Shown in pieces: positions 28,921 through 38,923 of a stretch of DNA of 64,000 nt. A program made the translations under genes and the position numbers. A model generated the notes under the pieces. It made no database searches, was not told the origin of the DNA, and saw only the letters and a program-made list of their open reading frames with translations. The DNA lies in IMG/VR virus record IMGVR_UViG_3300023208_000003, positions 96,001 through 160,000 of that record; one strand, given 5' to 3'. This DNA comes from a virus. The first letter of the stretch is position 1. The number at the start of each line of letters is the position of its first letter.

Positions 28921-29573
28921 AACTATTAGAAATTACATCTCCTACATACAAACACTCAGATGTTGAATTAGCTTTTTACACAGCCGATGTTAAACGCTTG
29001 TATCAACTTGTGGATGCTGTTACAAAAGAAAAAATAATTAAAGAGATGCTTGATGTTAAAAAATACGGGGTTTATTTTTTAGGCGAAGATTATCATAATG
29101 AAGCATGCTCGATCTTTTACTCATTTGGGTGTGAGGATCCAATATCTTCAGCCGGGGTTAAAGAAATTTATCGCAGTGTTGAAAAAATATTTGAATCTTA
29201 CGGAATTAACACAGAAGAATTATTGGCCGGTCTCAATTTTTATAAAATGCCTGATAAAGTTTGGGTTAAAAGTGATCATTCTTCTCCAAATTTTTATCTT
29301 TCAGCAAATGAAGAATTTACCAGCTTATGTGGAATTTCCAAAAAGATTAAATATGAAGTTGTTGATGATATTGACATTGAGCACGTAGAACGCATCACAG
29401 AAGGTGGTCTAGGATTTTTATTAATTGATAATCTTAGAACAATTTATACTCTTCCTGCAAAAAAAATATTATGGCTGAGCATTATAAATGAGCATCTTAA
29501 AGGAGAACGAGATATTCTTGAATGTAAAACCGCTCTTATTGAACAAGGACAAGGAGCTTTTGCTAAAATATGA
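28917..29573 (+). CDS. YAKL-family paralogue 14
   Basis: MKLLEITS; EGGLGFLLI; ERDILECKTALIEQGQGAFAKI*. Confidence 0.86.
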   Translation: MKLLEITSPTYKHSDVELAFYTADVKRLYQLVDAVTKEKIIKEMLDVKKYGVYFLGEDYHNEACSIFYSFGCEDPISSAGVKEIYRSVEKIFESYGINTEELLAGLNFYKMPDKVWVKSDHSSPNFYLSANEEFTSLCGISKKIKYEVVDDIDIEHVERITEGGLGFLLIDNLRTIYTLPAKKILWLSIINEHLKGERDILECKTALIEQGQGAFAKI

Positions 29574-30310
29574 TAACAGAATATTTTTATGACGCGCAGC
29601 TGCGCTCTTATCTGCAACAATTTTGCGCTATATTTTACGGTCTACAGGTTAAAACAGGTAAAGGTGAAGATGGAACAGAAGCTTTCATAAGCGTTCCAAC
29701 TCACGTAGGCAATCGTGATCGAGTTGTGGCGGCCATCATGCAGTCAAACACGCACAACAAGCCATTCTCTCTTCCTATCATGGCGGCCTCAATTACTGGA
29801 ATTGATTTATCCCCAGAACGTCGAAAAGGCATCGGTGTTACTGATACTCGCGTCTTTATGCCGCAAGGCGGTGTATTTCCTGATGATCTTGCTACAGCAA
29901 GTCGCATCATGCCAATTCCATACAATATGAATGTGCAACTTACGTTATACGCATCGAATACTAATCAGCTTCACCAGATAATCGAGCAGATTTTAATGTT
30001 GTTTGACCCTATCCTGCAGATTCAGACAACTGACGCGCCATTTGACTGGACAAAGATAACCACAGTAGAGCTAACTGGAATAGCCAATGAGGAAAATTAT
30101 CCAGCCGGACAAGACCAGCGCATTTTAAATTGGTCATTTGATTTCTTAATTCCGATTTGGATTTCAGCGCCAATGGATGTCAAGGATAGACTGGTTCGTA
30201 AAATTATTGTAACTATCGGTGATAAAAGCTCAATGTTATTTAATGAATTTGATGAAAATGGCGAGCTTGTACCATTTGAAGTTGTATTTGGGCAGAGTGT
30301 TACACAATAA
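29570..30310 (+). CDS. tail sheath terminator/stabiliser (T4 gp15-like)
   Basis: YFYD.Q.R.Y..QF..IF; LP.MA..ITG....PER; PIPYN...QL..Y..N..Q..QIIEQIL..FDP. Confidence 0.8.
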   Translation: MITEYFYDAQLRSYLQQFCAIFYGLQVKTGKGEDGTEAFISVPTHVGNRDRVVAAIMQSNTHNKPFSLPIMAASITGIDLSPERRKGIGVTDTRVFMPQGGVFPDDLATASRIMPIPYNMNVQLTLYASNTNQLHQIIEQILMLFDPILQIQTTDAPFDWTKITTVELTGIANEENYPAGQDQRILNWSFDFLIPIWISAPMDVKDRLVRKIIVTIGDKSSMLFNEFDENGELVPFEVVFGQSVTQ

Positions 30311-30407
30311 AAACCAAAAAGCAACAAAATTTAGCCAGAAAAACTCCTATTTGAATAAATATCATCAAGAAAAAATCTTCTCAACATTTTTATAAGGAGA
30401 AAAACAT

Positions 30408-32318
30408 ATGGCTACACTCGTGAGTCCTGGAGTGTCAGTTCCAATAACTGATGAATCCTTCTATATCCCTGTTACCGCACCCACGGTGCCTTTATTTTTT
30501 ATTGCGACGCGCAAGAACAAGCGTCAGCCAAACGGCGTAGATATTGCAACTGCTACTAACGAAAGTTCTGTAGTTCGTACAGTTACTTCGCTTGGTCAGT
30601 CAACGCAGCTTTACGGCATTCCATACTTTTGGCAGGATGCCGGTAAGAATCAATTTCACGGCGACGCTCGCAATGAATATGGTTTGTTTGCGCTTAATCA
30701 ATTTCTTGGAGTTGGTAACCGTGCTTTCGTAGTTCGCTCAAACATTGATTTGTCTGACGCGACAACAAATTTTATCGGTATTACTAACACTAACGGCTCA
30801 CAGCCACCACTTGCCACTGTTCCTAATTTGATTGGAGCTGGCAATGGAACAATGACGACACCTACTGTAGCGAGCGCTTTAGTTCAGCCAGATAACTACA
30901 GTGTTGTTTGCATTACACCAGCAGTTTACGATATTAACAACGTAAAAACCAAAGCAGCTAAATTTAATGTCTTGAGCTCACGTGGTTTTATTGGTATTGC
31001 AACTGAAGGCACTGCTTTTAGCACTCCGTTGACTCCTGAAGTTGCTTTCACGATTACTGAAGGTACAACGCATTTTGCAGCAGGCGATTACTTTACGTTT
31101 TCAACTTACTATGTTCCATTGACTTCACCTTCAGGTGCTGGTAAAGGAACAATGTCTGATCTTCTTCCAGCTGAGCTAGCAGTTGAAGAAACTTGGACAA
31201 TTACATTTATCACTCCGACAACGTTTGATGTTTCAGGTTCTGTTTTTGGTCCATCTACTCCTGGTACAGTTGGTGTTCCATACGATAACAATTACATTAA
31301 TTTCATAGTTAATGACGGAACTACTCCGTTTGTTGTAGGTGACACGTTTACTGTTGTCTTTAAGAGCCTTTCACACTTTAATCCATTAGGTTCTACAGAT
31401 GCCCAGAAACGCGTTACCATCGCTACTGCGCTTCAAGCGGAAATTAACTCAAACACTGAAGTTCGTTCCGAAATGTATGAGTATAATTTGATTTTGGCTC
31501 CTGGCTATTCAGAAGTTGTTGATGAGCTTCTCGCGCTTTCAACCGCGGTTAATGATGAAGCTTTCGTAATTGCAGATACTCCAGTTGATAAGACACCTGA
31601 ACAGGTTGCGACTTGGGCAAATACTTCAGATCGTTTCAACAGTCACAATGCTGCATACTATTACCCTTGGGGTCTTGCTTCAAACTTGGATGGAACTGAT
31701 GTCGTGGTTGCTCCATCTGGCATTGCTCTTCGCACCTACGCATTCTCTGACAACGAGAGTTACGTGTGGTTCGCGCCAGCAGGTCCTAACCGTGGTCTTG
31801 TAACAGGCGTTTCAAAAGTTGGTTACGTTACTGGCGAGCTTGGTACTCCAACGACCTTTATTGAAGCAAACCTCAACCAAGGTCAACGTGATAACCTTTA
31901 CGAATTCTACAAGAATATCAACCCAATTGTGTACTTCACTGGCCGCGGAATGATGGTATTTGGACAGAAAACAGCAGCTCCTGTTGCTTCTGCACTTGAT
32001 CGCGTTAATGTTGTTCGCCTAGTTATGTACATTAAGCGCGGTATTCGTAAGGGTATGTTTGCCTTCTTGTTCGAACCTAACGATCAGATTACTCGTGATA
32101 ACGTTAAGAACGCAATTGATGGTTATCTTGGCGATATTATGATTAAGCGCGGTTTGTATGACTTCGCTACAATCTGCGATGCTTCAAACAACACTCCAAC
32201 TCGAATTGATCGCAATGAGCTTTGGGCTGATGTAGCATTGAAACCAGTAAAAGCGGTGGAATTTATTTACGTGCCAATTCGAATTCTTTCAACTGGCGCG
32301 GCGATGGGAAAAGCGTAA
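30408..32318 (+). CDS. gp18: tail sheath protein (T4 gp18-like)
   Basis: LVSPGVSV start, WFAPAG.NRG, ALDRVNV.RL, FLFEPND..TR, IDRNEL...V..KP.KA.EFIY. Confidence 0.95.
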   Translation: MATLVSPGVSVPITDESFYIPVTAPTVPLFFIATRKNKRQPNGVDIATATNESSVVRTVTSLGQSTQLYGIPYFWQDAGKNQFHGDARNEYGLFALNQFLGVGNRAFVVRSNIDLSDATTNFIGITNTNGSQPPLATVPNLIGAGNGTMTTPTVASALVQPDNYSVVCITPAVYDINNVKTKAAKFNVLSSRGFIGIATEGTAFSTPLTPEVAFTITEGTTHFAAGDYFTFSTYYVPLTSPSGAGKGTMSDLLPAELAVEETWTITFITPTTFDVSGSVFGPSTPGTVGVPYDNNYINFIVNDGTTPFVVGDTFTVVFKSLSHFNPLGSTDAQKRVTIATALQAEINSNTEVRSEMYEYNLILAPGYSEVVDELLALSTAVNDEAFVIADTPVDKTPEQVATWANTSDRFNSHNAAYYYPWGLASNLDGTDVVVAPSGIALRTYAFSDNESYVWFAPAGPNRGLVTGVSKVGYVTGELGTPTTFIEANLNQGQRDNLYEFYKNINPIVYFTGRGMMVFGQKTAAPVASALDRVNVVRLVMYIKRGIRKGMFAFLFEPNDQITRDNVKNAIDGYLGDIMIKRGLYDFATICDASNNTPTRIDRNELWADVALKPVKAVEFIYVPIRILSTGAAMGKA

Positions 32319-32335
32319 ATTAACTTTTCAATTTG

Positions 32336-32366
32336 AAATAAAGCCGGCTCGTCCGGCTTTATTTTT
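32336..32366 (+). terminator. intrinsic terminator after sheath gene
   Basis: AAATAAAGCCGG-CTCGT-CCGGCTTTATTT followed by more T. Confidence 0.8.
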
Positions 32367-32413
32367 GTCTGTGGATATGATATAATTAAAATTATTTAAC
32401 TAGAGTAATTTTA

Positions 32414-33967
32414 ATGCTTACTTGTCAAATCTGTGGTTATCAACACCCAACAATGTTGGCGCCTGCGCATATTTCAAAGCATAAATTGACTGCTGTTCAA
32501 TATCGTGAGTTATTTCCTGGCGCAGTACTTCGAATTCAATCAACGGTATCAAAAGAAAAAATGTCAGCATCTAAAAAAGGGCAAAAACCCTATAATGCTG
32601 GTAAAAACATTTCAGAAGAGCAAAAGCAAAAGCAATCTCAAACAATGAAAGCACGCTATCTTAATGGAGAGATCATTCATTGGAACACAGGCAAAACCAC
32701 TTCGGAACAAACAAAAGAAAGAATACGAAAAGCTACTAAAGGTCAGCAATTAACAGATGAACAGAAAGCAAAACATCTGGAAGGAATTAGACGATATAGA
32801 AATTCTAAAAATTATGTTCCTGGTATGTTAGGAAAACACCATTCCAAAGAAACAAAAGAAAAACTTTCAAGGAATGTAAGAAAAACTTGGAATAAAAAAA
32901 CAGATAATTTAATAGAAGTGTGTATTAAAAAAGCTCAGTCTGATAATTTAAAAGTCTTAAAAATTGAATACAATTATTGGTTTGACTTTGAATGTAATGT
33001 TTGCGGAACACATTTTACTTTTACGCGTCAAATTTTTAGAGATTCGACAAAACAAGGAATAGAATTGTGTCCTACTTGTTATCCGCGACTTAATGGTAGA
33101 AGTAAAATGGAAATCGACTTTTACTGTGAAATTCAAAAAATGTGGCCTACCGCAGTTGCAAGTGATACTAAAATTCTTGGCGGTAAAGAAATTGATGTCC
33201 TCATTAAAGAAAAAAGATTAGGGTTTGAATTTACTGGAATTTATCATCATTCGGAGTTAAAAGGTAACCCTAAATATCACTTACTTTGGAAGCAACAATT
33301 TGCAGTTAAAGAAGATCATAAAATATTTACAGTTTTTGAAAATGAATGGGTGCTAAAACGCGATTTAGTGTTATCGCGAATTGCGTCAATTTTAGGAGTA
33401 AATAAAACTTTTTATGACGCGCGTAAATGCAAAATAAAACAGCTAACGTCTCAAATGAAAAATAGATTTTTAAATGATAATCATCTTCAAGGTAGAGATA
33501 CTTCTCCAATTTCTTTAGGCTTATTTTATCAAGACACGTTAGTATCCGCGATGACGTTTAAAAAAACAACAGTTGTTAAAGGCGGCACTGGCGAAGAATG
33601 GGAATTGAGTCGTTTCTGTAATTTAAAATTTTGTACAGTTAGAGGAGCAGCTGGAAAATTGCTTTCGCATTTTCAGCAGAATTATAACACTGATCATCTA
33701 TCAATTATTTCATTTGCAAATAGACGATGGTCAAATGGAGAATTTTATGAAAAGATCGGTTTTGAATTCGCTGGAACTACGCCTCCCTCATACTGGTATT
33801 TTAAAGGAAACAGCATTGATATTCAGCATCGAAGCAATTTTATGAAACACAAAATTATAAAAAAGTTTGGTGGTGATCCAATTAAAACAGAATGGGAATT
33901 AGCGCAAGAAAATGGTTTCAATCGGATTTGGGATTGTGGAAATACTAAGTGGATTTTGAGCTATTAG
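32414..33967 (+). mobile_element. free-standing putative homing endonuclease (NUMOD3-like repeats, zinc ribbon, PD-(D/E)xK/Vsr-like domain)
   Basis: HSKETKEKLS-type motifs, CNVCG and CPTCY, EIDVLIKEKRLGFEFTGIYHHSE, C-terminal RIWDCG. Paralogous to 48413-49972. Confidence 0.75.
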
Positions 33968-34030
33968 TTATTAAATGTTAAAGTCTTCAATAAATAGTCT
34001 AACAAGTTAGATAATTTATTGGAGATAACA

Positions 34031-34219
34031 ATGAAACTTCACCGTTTGTCAGAAACAATTTTAGCCGAAAAGAAGGCTGAAATAAACATCGATGATTCTC
34101 CTCTTGAAAGACCAATCGGTATTTCGCGAGACGAGTGGACTCCTGAATATCAGGATCGTCTACGCAAAATTAGAAAAAATAATCCAACCCGCTATGAAAG
34201 AATGGTAAGAGGAGATTAA
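34031..34219 (+). CDS. small hypothetical late protein
   Basis: GGAG RBS; MKLHRLSETILAE; AATAAATAG at 33989. Confidence 0.55.
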   Translation: MKLHRLSETILAEKKAEINIDDSPLERPIGISRDEWTPEYQDRLRKIRKNNPTRYERMVRGD

Positions 34220-34223
34220 ATCA

Positions 34224-36848
34224 ATGGCGACTCCTAAAACGAAAGATTTTAAACCATCTCCAGCCAATATTTCACAGCGCTTAGATCTTGTGCGTGACGT
34301 TATACGTAACGCAAAGATTAAATCTTCAGGCGACATTAAGCAGCACCCAAGCGTTATGCTCGCTGGTGATCCAGGTATTGGTAAAACTCAATTTTTAGAG
34401 CAGTTTGCTTCTCTTATGGGATTATCAGTTATTACCATTGAAGCGCCACACATTATTGAAGAGCACTTAATCAATATTCCTTACATCGTAACTGATACCA
34501 AGGGCAAGCAAACAGGCGGCGAAACAGAAGTTGTTGAGAAAAAATACTCAATTGAAATTGCTGACAGTAATCTTTATACTGCGTTGAATCGCGTTAGAAA
34601 GAATACTGACAAACAATATCTTTCTGACATTTATACCGATGCGGCTGACGATACTAAGGCAATTTTTGAGGAACTTGGTGGTAATGAAACTACTGTTCCA
34701 CCTGACATTGAAATTTTACGTAGCAAATATCGCGTAATTTTGTTCTTAGATGAATACTTTAGAACAACTGTTCCACGTATTCTCAAGATGCTTCGTGGTA
34801 TCTTGAACAACAAGCTTGGTCTTCACGATATTCCAAAAGACATTCTTATCATCTACGCATCAAATATCAGCGACGTTGGCGGAAGTCTTGCGAAAATTCC
34901 AAAGAACGCGCAGTTGCCTCCGATTGATTTCCCAGTTCCTACAAAGGACGAGTGGTTTAGCTGGCTTGTTTACAAATTCAAGCAAGAGCACCGCGGCGTA
35001 ACGCTTAAGAAAGAGGTCATCAACAAGTTTTACCACGCGCTAAATGACGAGCACATCAGCTACTTTGATCCAGCCTCTAAAGTTCGTACTTCACCTCGCC
35101 GCTGGGAACAGCTTTTGCTCTATGTGAATGAATCACTTCCTGTAAAGGATGAGCACGAAGCCCGTCAGCTCTTGACCAACGTTAAAGTGAATTTCAGAAA
35201 CTACGTCAAGGGTGGTCACTCTGAGCTTGTTGACACCGTAATGAAAGCAGTTTCTGAGCTTATCGAAGAAACGTCTCATTTTGACGTCGCAGCAAATAAC
35301 ACTCAGAGTGAGCACGACTGGCGTTCTACTCTTGAGCATCAGATCAAGCTAAAGATGAAGCTTGGTGATCATCGTAAGTATGTTCCAGTTATTGCTGGTG
35401 AACCTGGTATTGGTAAAACAACTCACATTCAACAAATCGCAGATGATCTTGACCTTCGTCTTATTGACTTTGAAGTTGATAAGTTCAACGCTGAAGACGC
35501 AACAGGTCTTGTAACTCCTCACAAGGAGAAAGGCAAGAAGATGGAGACGCGCTTCTCCACCCCAATGCTTTATCGTTTAATCACCGATAAGATTAAGAAA
35601 GAAGATGAGGAACACATTGCGCAGCTTAAAGCCGACGGAAAGACCAGAGAAGCAAAAGAATATCCAAACAAGCGTTGGAAGTATTTGATTTTCTTCGATG
35701 AGTTGAACCGCGCCAGTGATCCTAAAGTCTTCAACGCGCTGCGTCGCGTTCTTCTTGAGAAGAACTTTGGGCCTTCTGATGAAAGCAACGGTGAAGTTCT
35801 TAAGCTTCCAGAAGGGTCAATTATGGTTGCTGCCATTAACCCTGACCCAAAGGAAGAAGGTGTTATTGAATTTACTGATCACGTCAAAGACGTTCTTGAC
35901 ATTATTCCAGCAGCTCCAAACTGGAATAGCACTGTTCAGCATTTAGAAGATACGAAAGTTCCGTACGCAGAAGATAACGCGGCTCACACCACACTTGACG
36001 TCATTAAGAAGTTTGTTGATAAGTTTAAAACAAAGGAGCCATCAATTCAGGTTTCTGAACGTCCATTCTACATTAACATCGGTAAGAACATTTACGTACA
36101 ACCACGTGAATATAAGGCAATGTACCTTGAGGCGGCTGTTGCTCTCACTGAGGAGCTTCAACGTATTCGTAAGCACGATCTCAAGAAAGCAACAGCTGAC
36201 GAACTGAAAGAATATGAACAAGACGCGAAGTTGACGCTTTACAAGTCAATTCGTAGATTTTTACTTGGCTTGGCAGTTATTCGTAATAACATTAAGGGAA
36301 CTGAATTCTTTGAAGATTTGAAGACTTGGTTCTTACATTCACCAGAAATTGATATAGGTGAAGGTTTATTCTATCACGTTGGTTCAAAAGTTAAGCGTAC
36401 ATTCTTAGGTGTCTTCGACGATATCTTTGAAGGTAATTATGCAGAACATTTAGCTGACAATCAGGACTTTATTAACTATCTTGAAAACATAACTGGCGAT
36501 ATTACTAAATTTAAGGAAAGCTTGACAGAGTTTATCGAGAAGAAATTAAAAGACCCAGCTGATATTGAAAAGTACTTGACGAAGGATGATTACCCACTTA
36601 TTGTTCTTAAGGACGGTGAAATCAAAGAAGATAAAGGTAAAAAAGTTACGCTGCTTGCCAACTTAATGTCAGAAGCACGTATCGCGTTAATAATGCACGA
36701 GTATGACAACAGTATGGTTGAAGCTCTTGGTGTTGGTGTTCTAAAGGCTATAACAGCTTTCTTGAAGACACACAAGGATAAAGGCTTCTACCCACCAGAA
36801 GTAGCAGCTCAAATTTCTGAACTTTATGATACAGTGTTTGAGATTTAA
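34224..36848 (+). CDS. tandem AAA+ ATPase (two MoxR/dynein-related-like modules)
   Basis: Walker A GDPGIGKT and GEPGIGKT; Walker B LFLDEYFR and IFFDELNRA; sensor/Arg segments ASN, SPRRWE, AAINP, QPREY. Confidence 0.85.
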   Translation: MATPKTKDFKPSPANISQRLDLVRDVIRNAKIKSSGDIKQHPSVMLAGDPGIGKTQFLEQFASLMGLSVITIEAPHIIEEHLINIPYIVTDTKGKQTGGETEVVEKKYSIEIADSNLYTALNRVRKNTDKQYLSDIYTDAADDTKAIFEELGGNETTVPPDIEILRSKYRVILFLDEYFRTTVPRILKMLRGILNNKLGLHDIPKDILIIYASNISDVGGSLAKIPKNAQLPPIDFPVPTKDEWFSWLVYKFKQEHRGVTLKKEVINKFYHALNDEHISYFDPASKVRTSPRRWEQLLLYVNESLPVKDEHEARQLLTNVKVNFRNYVKGGHSELVDTVMKAVSELIEETSHFDVAANNTQSEHDWRSTLEHQIKLKMKLGDHRKYVPVIAGEPGIGKTTHIQQIADDLDLRLIDFEVDKFNAEDATGLVTPHKEKGKKMETRFSTPMLYRLITDKIKKEDEEHIAQLKADGKTREAKEYPNKRWKYLIFFDELNRASDPKVFNALRRVLLEKNFGPSDESNGEVLKLPEGSIMVAAINPDPKEEGVIEFTDHVKDVLDIIPAAPNWNSTVQHLEDTKVPYAEDNAAHTTLDVIKKFVDKFKTKEPSIQVSERPFYINIGKNIYVQPREYKAMYLEAAVALTEELQRIRKHDLKKATADELKEYEQDAKLTLYKSIRRFLLGLAVIRNNIKGTEFFEDLKTWFLHSPEIDIGEGLFYHVGSKVKRTFLGVFDDIFEGNYAEHLADNQDFINYLENITGDITKFKESLTEFIEKKLKDPADIEKYLTKDDYPLIVLKDGEIKEDKGKKVTLLANLMSEARIALIMHEYDNSMVEALGVGVLKAITAFLKTHKDKGFYPPEVAAQISELYDTVFEI

Positions 36849-36862
36849 TCGGATAAAAATTT

Positions 36863-38923
36863 ATGTCATTCATAACTGAAGCATTTGTTAGTCGTAAGTA
36901 TGCTAAGGGTGCTGTTAAATTCAAAAAACACACCCTTAATGATCCTGAAATTCAGGCAGCAATTGATCACGCTGCTAAGGAGCTTAACAAACCAAAAAGT
37001 GAAATTTTAGATGAGATTAATGATAAGATTGATAAGTTTAAAAAATACGCGACTAAGGCACCGTTTTTGTTTTCAACAATTCTTGAAAATGTCGTTGAAC
37101 AAACAATATTTGCAATGTACGAGGACTACGCGATTAATACGCCTGGTCCAAAATTCAGCACTGTCATTTTTAGAAAGCTTGTTCGTTACATTAAAGTTGA
37201 ACACGATCAGTTTTTTCCGCTTCGAAGCTTTATAAAGTCGACGTATCTTTATGATCCGCCAATTATTTTGCTACCAAACCCAAAATACAAAGCTGAGTCA
37301 GAGCAGATAACAACGGCAGCTGCCGATAAGCAGGGCAATTTTTATTTTAACGTGCCGTTTATGCAAAATTTAATGAATTACGCACATATTAAAAAAGTTC
37401 ATCCTGCCGGCAAGAAATATCAATCAAATGGCGGCGATATTCCTGATGAGTATTGTTACATTGAGTTCGTTATTATGCATGAATTCATGCACTATAGCTA
37501 TGATGACTTTTATTACAATGACATTATAAAAGACCCAGGAATCAGTAGAAAATTTAAGAGCAAAATTATTAATTATGTCGGTGATTTTCGTACGAATTAT
37601 CTATTGGTGAAATCAGGATTTGAGCAGCTTCCAATGGGATTATTTAATGATGACATCAATTATGATCGCCAATCAACTTACAAGGAAATGTATGATTTAG
37701 TAAAGTCTGAACTTGAAAAGCTAAACGATAAGGATCGTGAAGAGCTTGAAAAAATGCTTGACGATATGACAGATGACCACGAACCTGGTAATGAGCCTGG
37801 AGAAGGCGAGGGAGAAGGCGAGGGAGAAGGCGAAGGTCAGCCAGGAAAAGGAAAAGGAAAGGGTAAAGGAAAACCAAGTGATAAAAAAGAAGAGGGAGAG
37901 GAAACCGGCGAAGGAGGAGATGAAAAGAAAGATGGTAAAAGTGGTAAGGGCAAAGCTGGCGAAGGGGAAGATAAAGATGGAGACGCTGCGGGTGAAAAAG
38001 AAGGAGAATCTGACAAGAAATCAAAAGTTAATAAAACTTTAGAGGACATTGAAAAGCGTCACAAGGAAATTGAAGACGCAATGAGTAAAGGCGAAGATAA
38101 AGATGCTGAAGAAGTCGAATCAAAAACACGTGAAGAAAATACAAAGCGAAACATAAAATCTGGTTCTAATTTCGGAGGTGGTAGTAAAACCGGCGACGGT
38201 AACATTGGCATTGATTATTCAAAGGAACACGCGCGTTTTGATTGGGATGAGCTTCTTAACAACGTTATCAAATCAACAGGTACGGATACGGTAGAAGTTT
38301 ATGGTAAGCATAATCGTAGAAATATGCAGGCTGTCGTTCAAGCTGATGATACCGGTGCGGCAGCAGTATTTCCAACTCCTACTGAAGAGCCGTACATTGA
38401 CGCAAAATTTGCCTTTATCATTGACAGCTCTGGTTCAATGAGCGGTTACATTGAACAGGTTTATGCCAACGTTCATTCATTGTTTAGCGAGCATCATACA
38501 TTAGCAAATGCTGAATTTTTCTTAATTAAGTTTTCAAGTGATTACGAAATCTTCAAGTGTATTTTTAACCAGAATAAAGCCGCACTTCTTCCTAAAATTG
38601 ATGCAACTCCTAACTTTGATAAAGATTTACACCACGTGTTCACAACACATTTTGGCGGAGGCACAAATTTCTCTGGTGAGGTAGCTCATATTGGAAGAAA
38701 GTTGCTTGATGATGGATACAACGTTATCATTCTTTCAGACTCTGATATATGTGGCGGTGGAAATTTAGAAGATTTGGTAACCTTGCTTAATTTCCCTAGC
38801 GGTAAAGCGTTTGTTATTTTTGCAACGCGAGGTGATTGGGTTGCATTCCGTCAGGCAGCAAGAGAGCAATATCCAGAACAAGTTACCTACATTGATAAAT
38901 CATTGGAAAAGAATCAGAAATGA
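36863..38923 (+). CDS. metallopeptidase-like (HExxH) plus VWA domain protein, partner of the AAA ATPase
   Basis: HEFMH, acidic Gly/Glu/Lys linker, MIDAS DSSGSMS, GGGTNF, LSDSD. Confidence 0.82.
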   Translation: MSFITEAFVSRKYAKGAVKFKKHTLNDPEIQAAIDHAAKELNKPKSEILDEINDKIDKFKKYATKAPFLFSTILENVVEQTIFAMYEDYAINTPGPKFSTVIFRKLVRYIKVEHDQFFPLRSFIKSTYLYDPPIILLPNPKYKAESEQITTAAADKQGNFYFNVPFMQNLMNYAHIKKVHPAGKKYQSNGGDIPDEYCYIEFVIMHEFMHYSYDDFYYNDIIKDPGISRKFKSKIINYVGDFRTNYLLVKSGFEQLPMGLFNDDINYDRQSTYKEMYDLVKSELEKLNDKDREELEKMLDDMTDDHEPGNEPGEGEGEGEGEGEGQPGKGKGKGKGKPSDKKEEGEETGEGGDEKKDGKSGKGKAGEGEDKDGDAAGEKEGESDKKSKVNKTLEDIEKRHKEIEDAMSKGEDKDAEEVESKTREENTKRNIKSGSNFGGGSKTGDGNIGIDYSKEHARFDWDELLNNVIKSTGTDTVEVYGKHNRRNMQAVVQADDTGAAAVFPTPTEEPYIDAKFAFIIDSSGSMSGYIEQVYANVHSLFSEHHTLANAEFFLIKFSSDYEIFKCIFNQNKAALLPKIDATPNFDKDLHHVFTTHFGGGTNFSGEVAHIGRKLLDDGYNVIILSDSDICGGGNLEDLVTLLNFPSGKAFVIFATRGDWVAFRQAAREQYPEQVTYIDKSLEKNQK
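37802..37833 (+). repeat. 12-bp tandem repeat GAAGGCGAGGGA (about 2.7 copies) encoding (GE)n
   Basis: Read directly in the VWA-protein linker. Confidence 0.8.
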
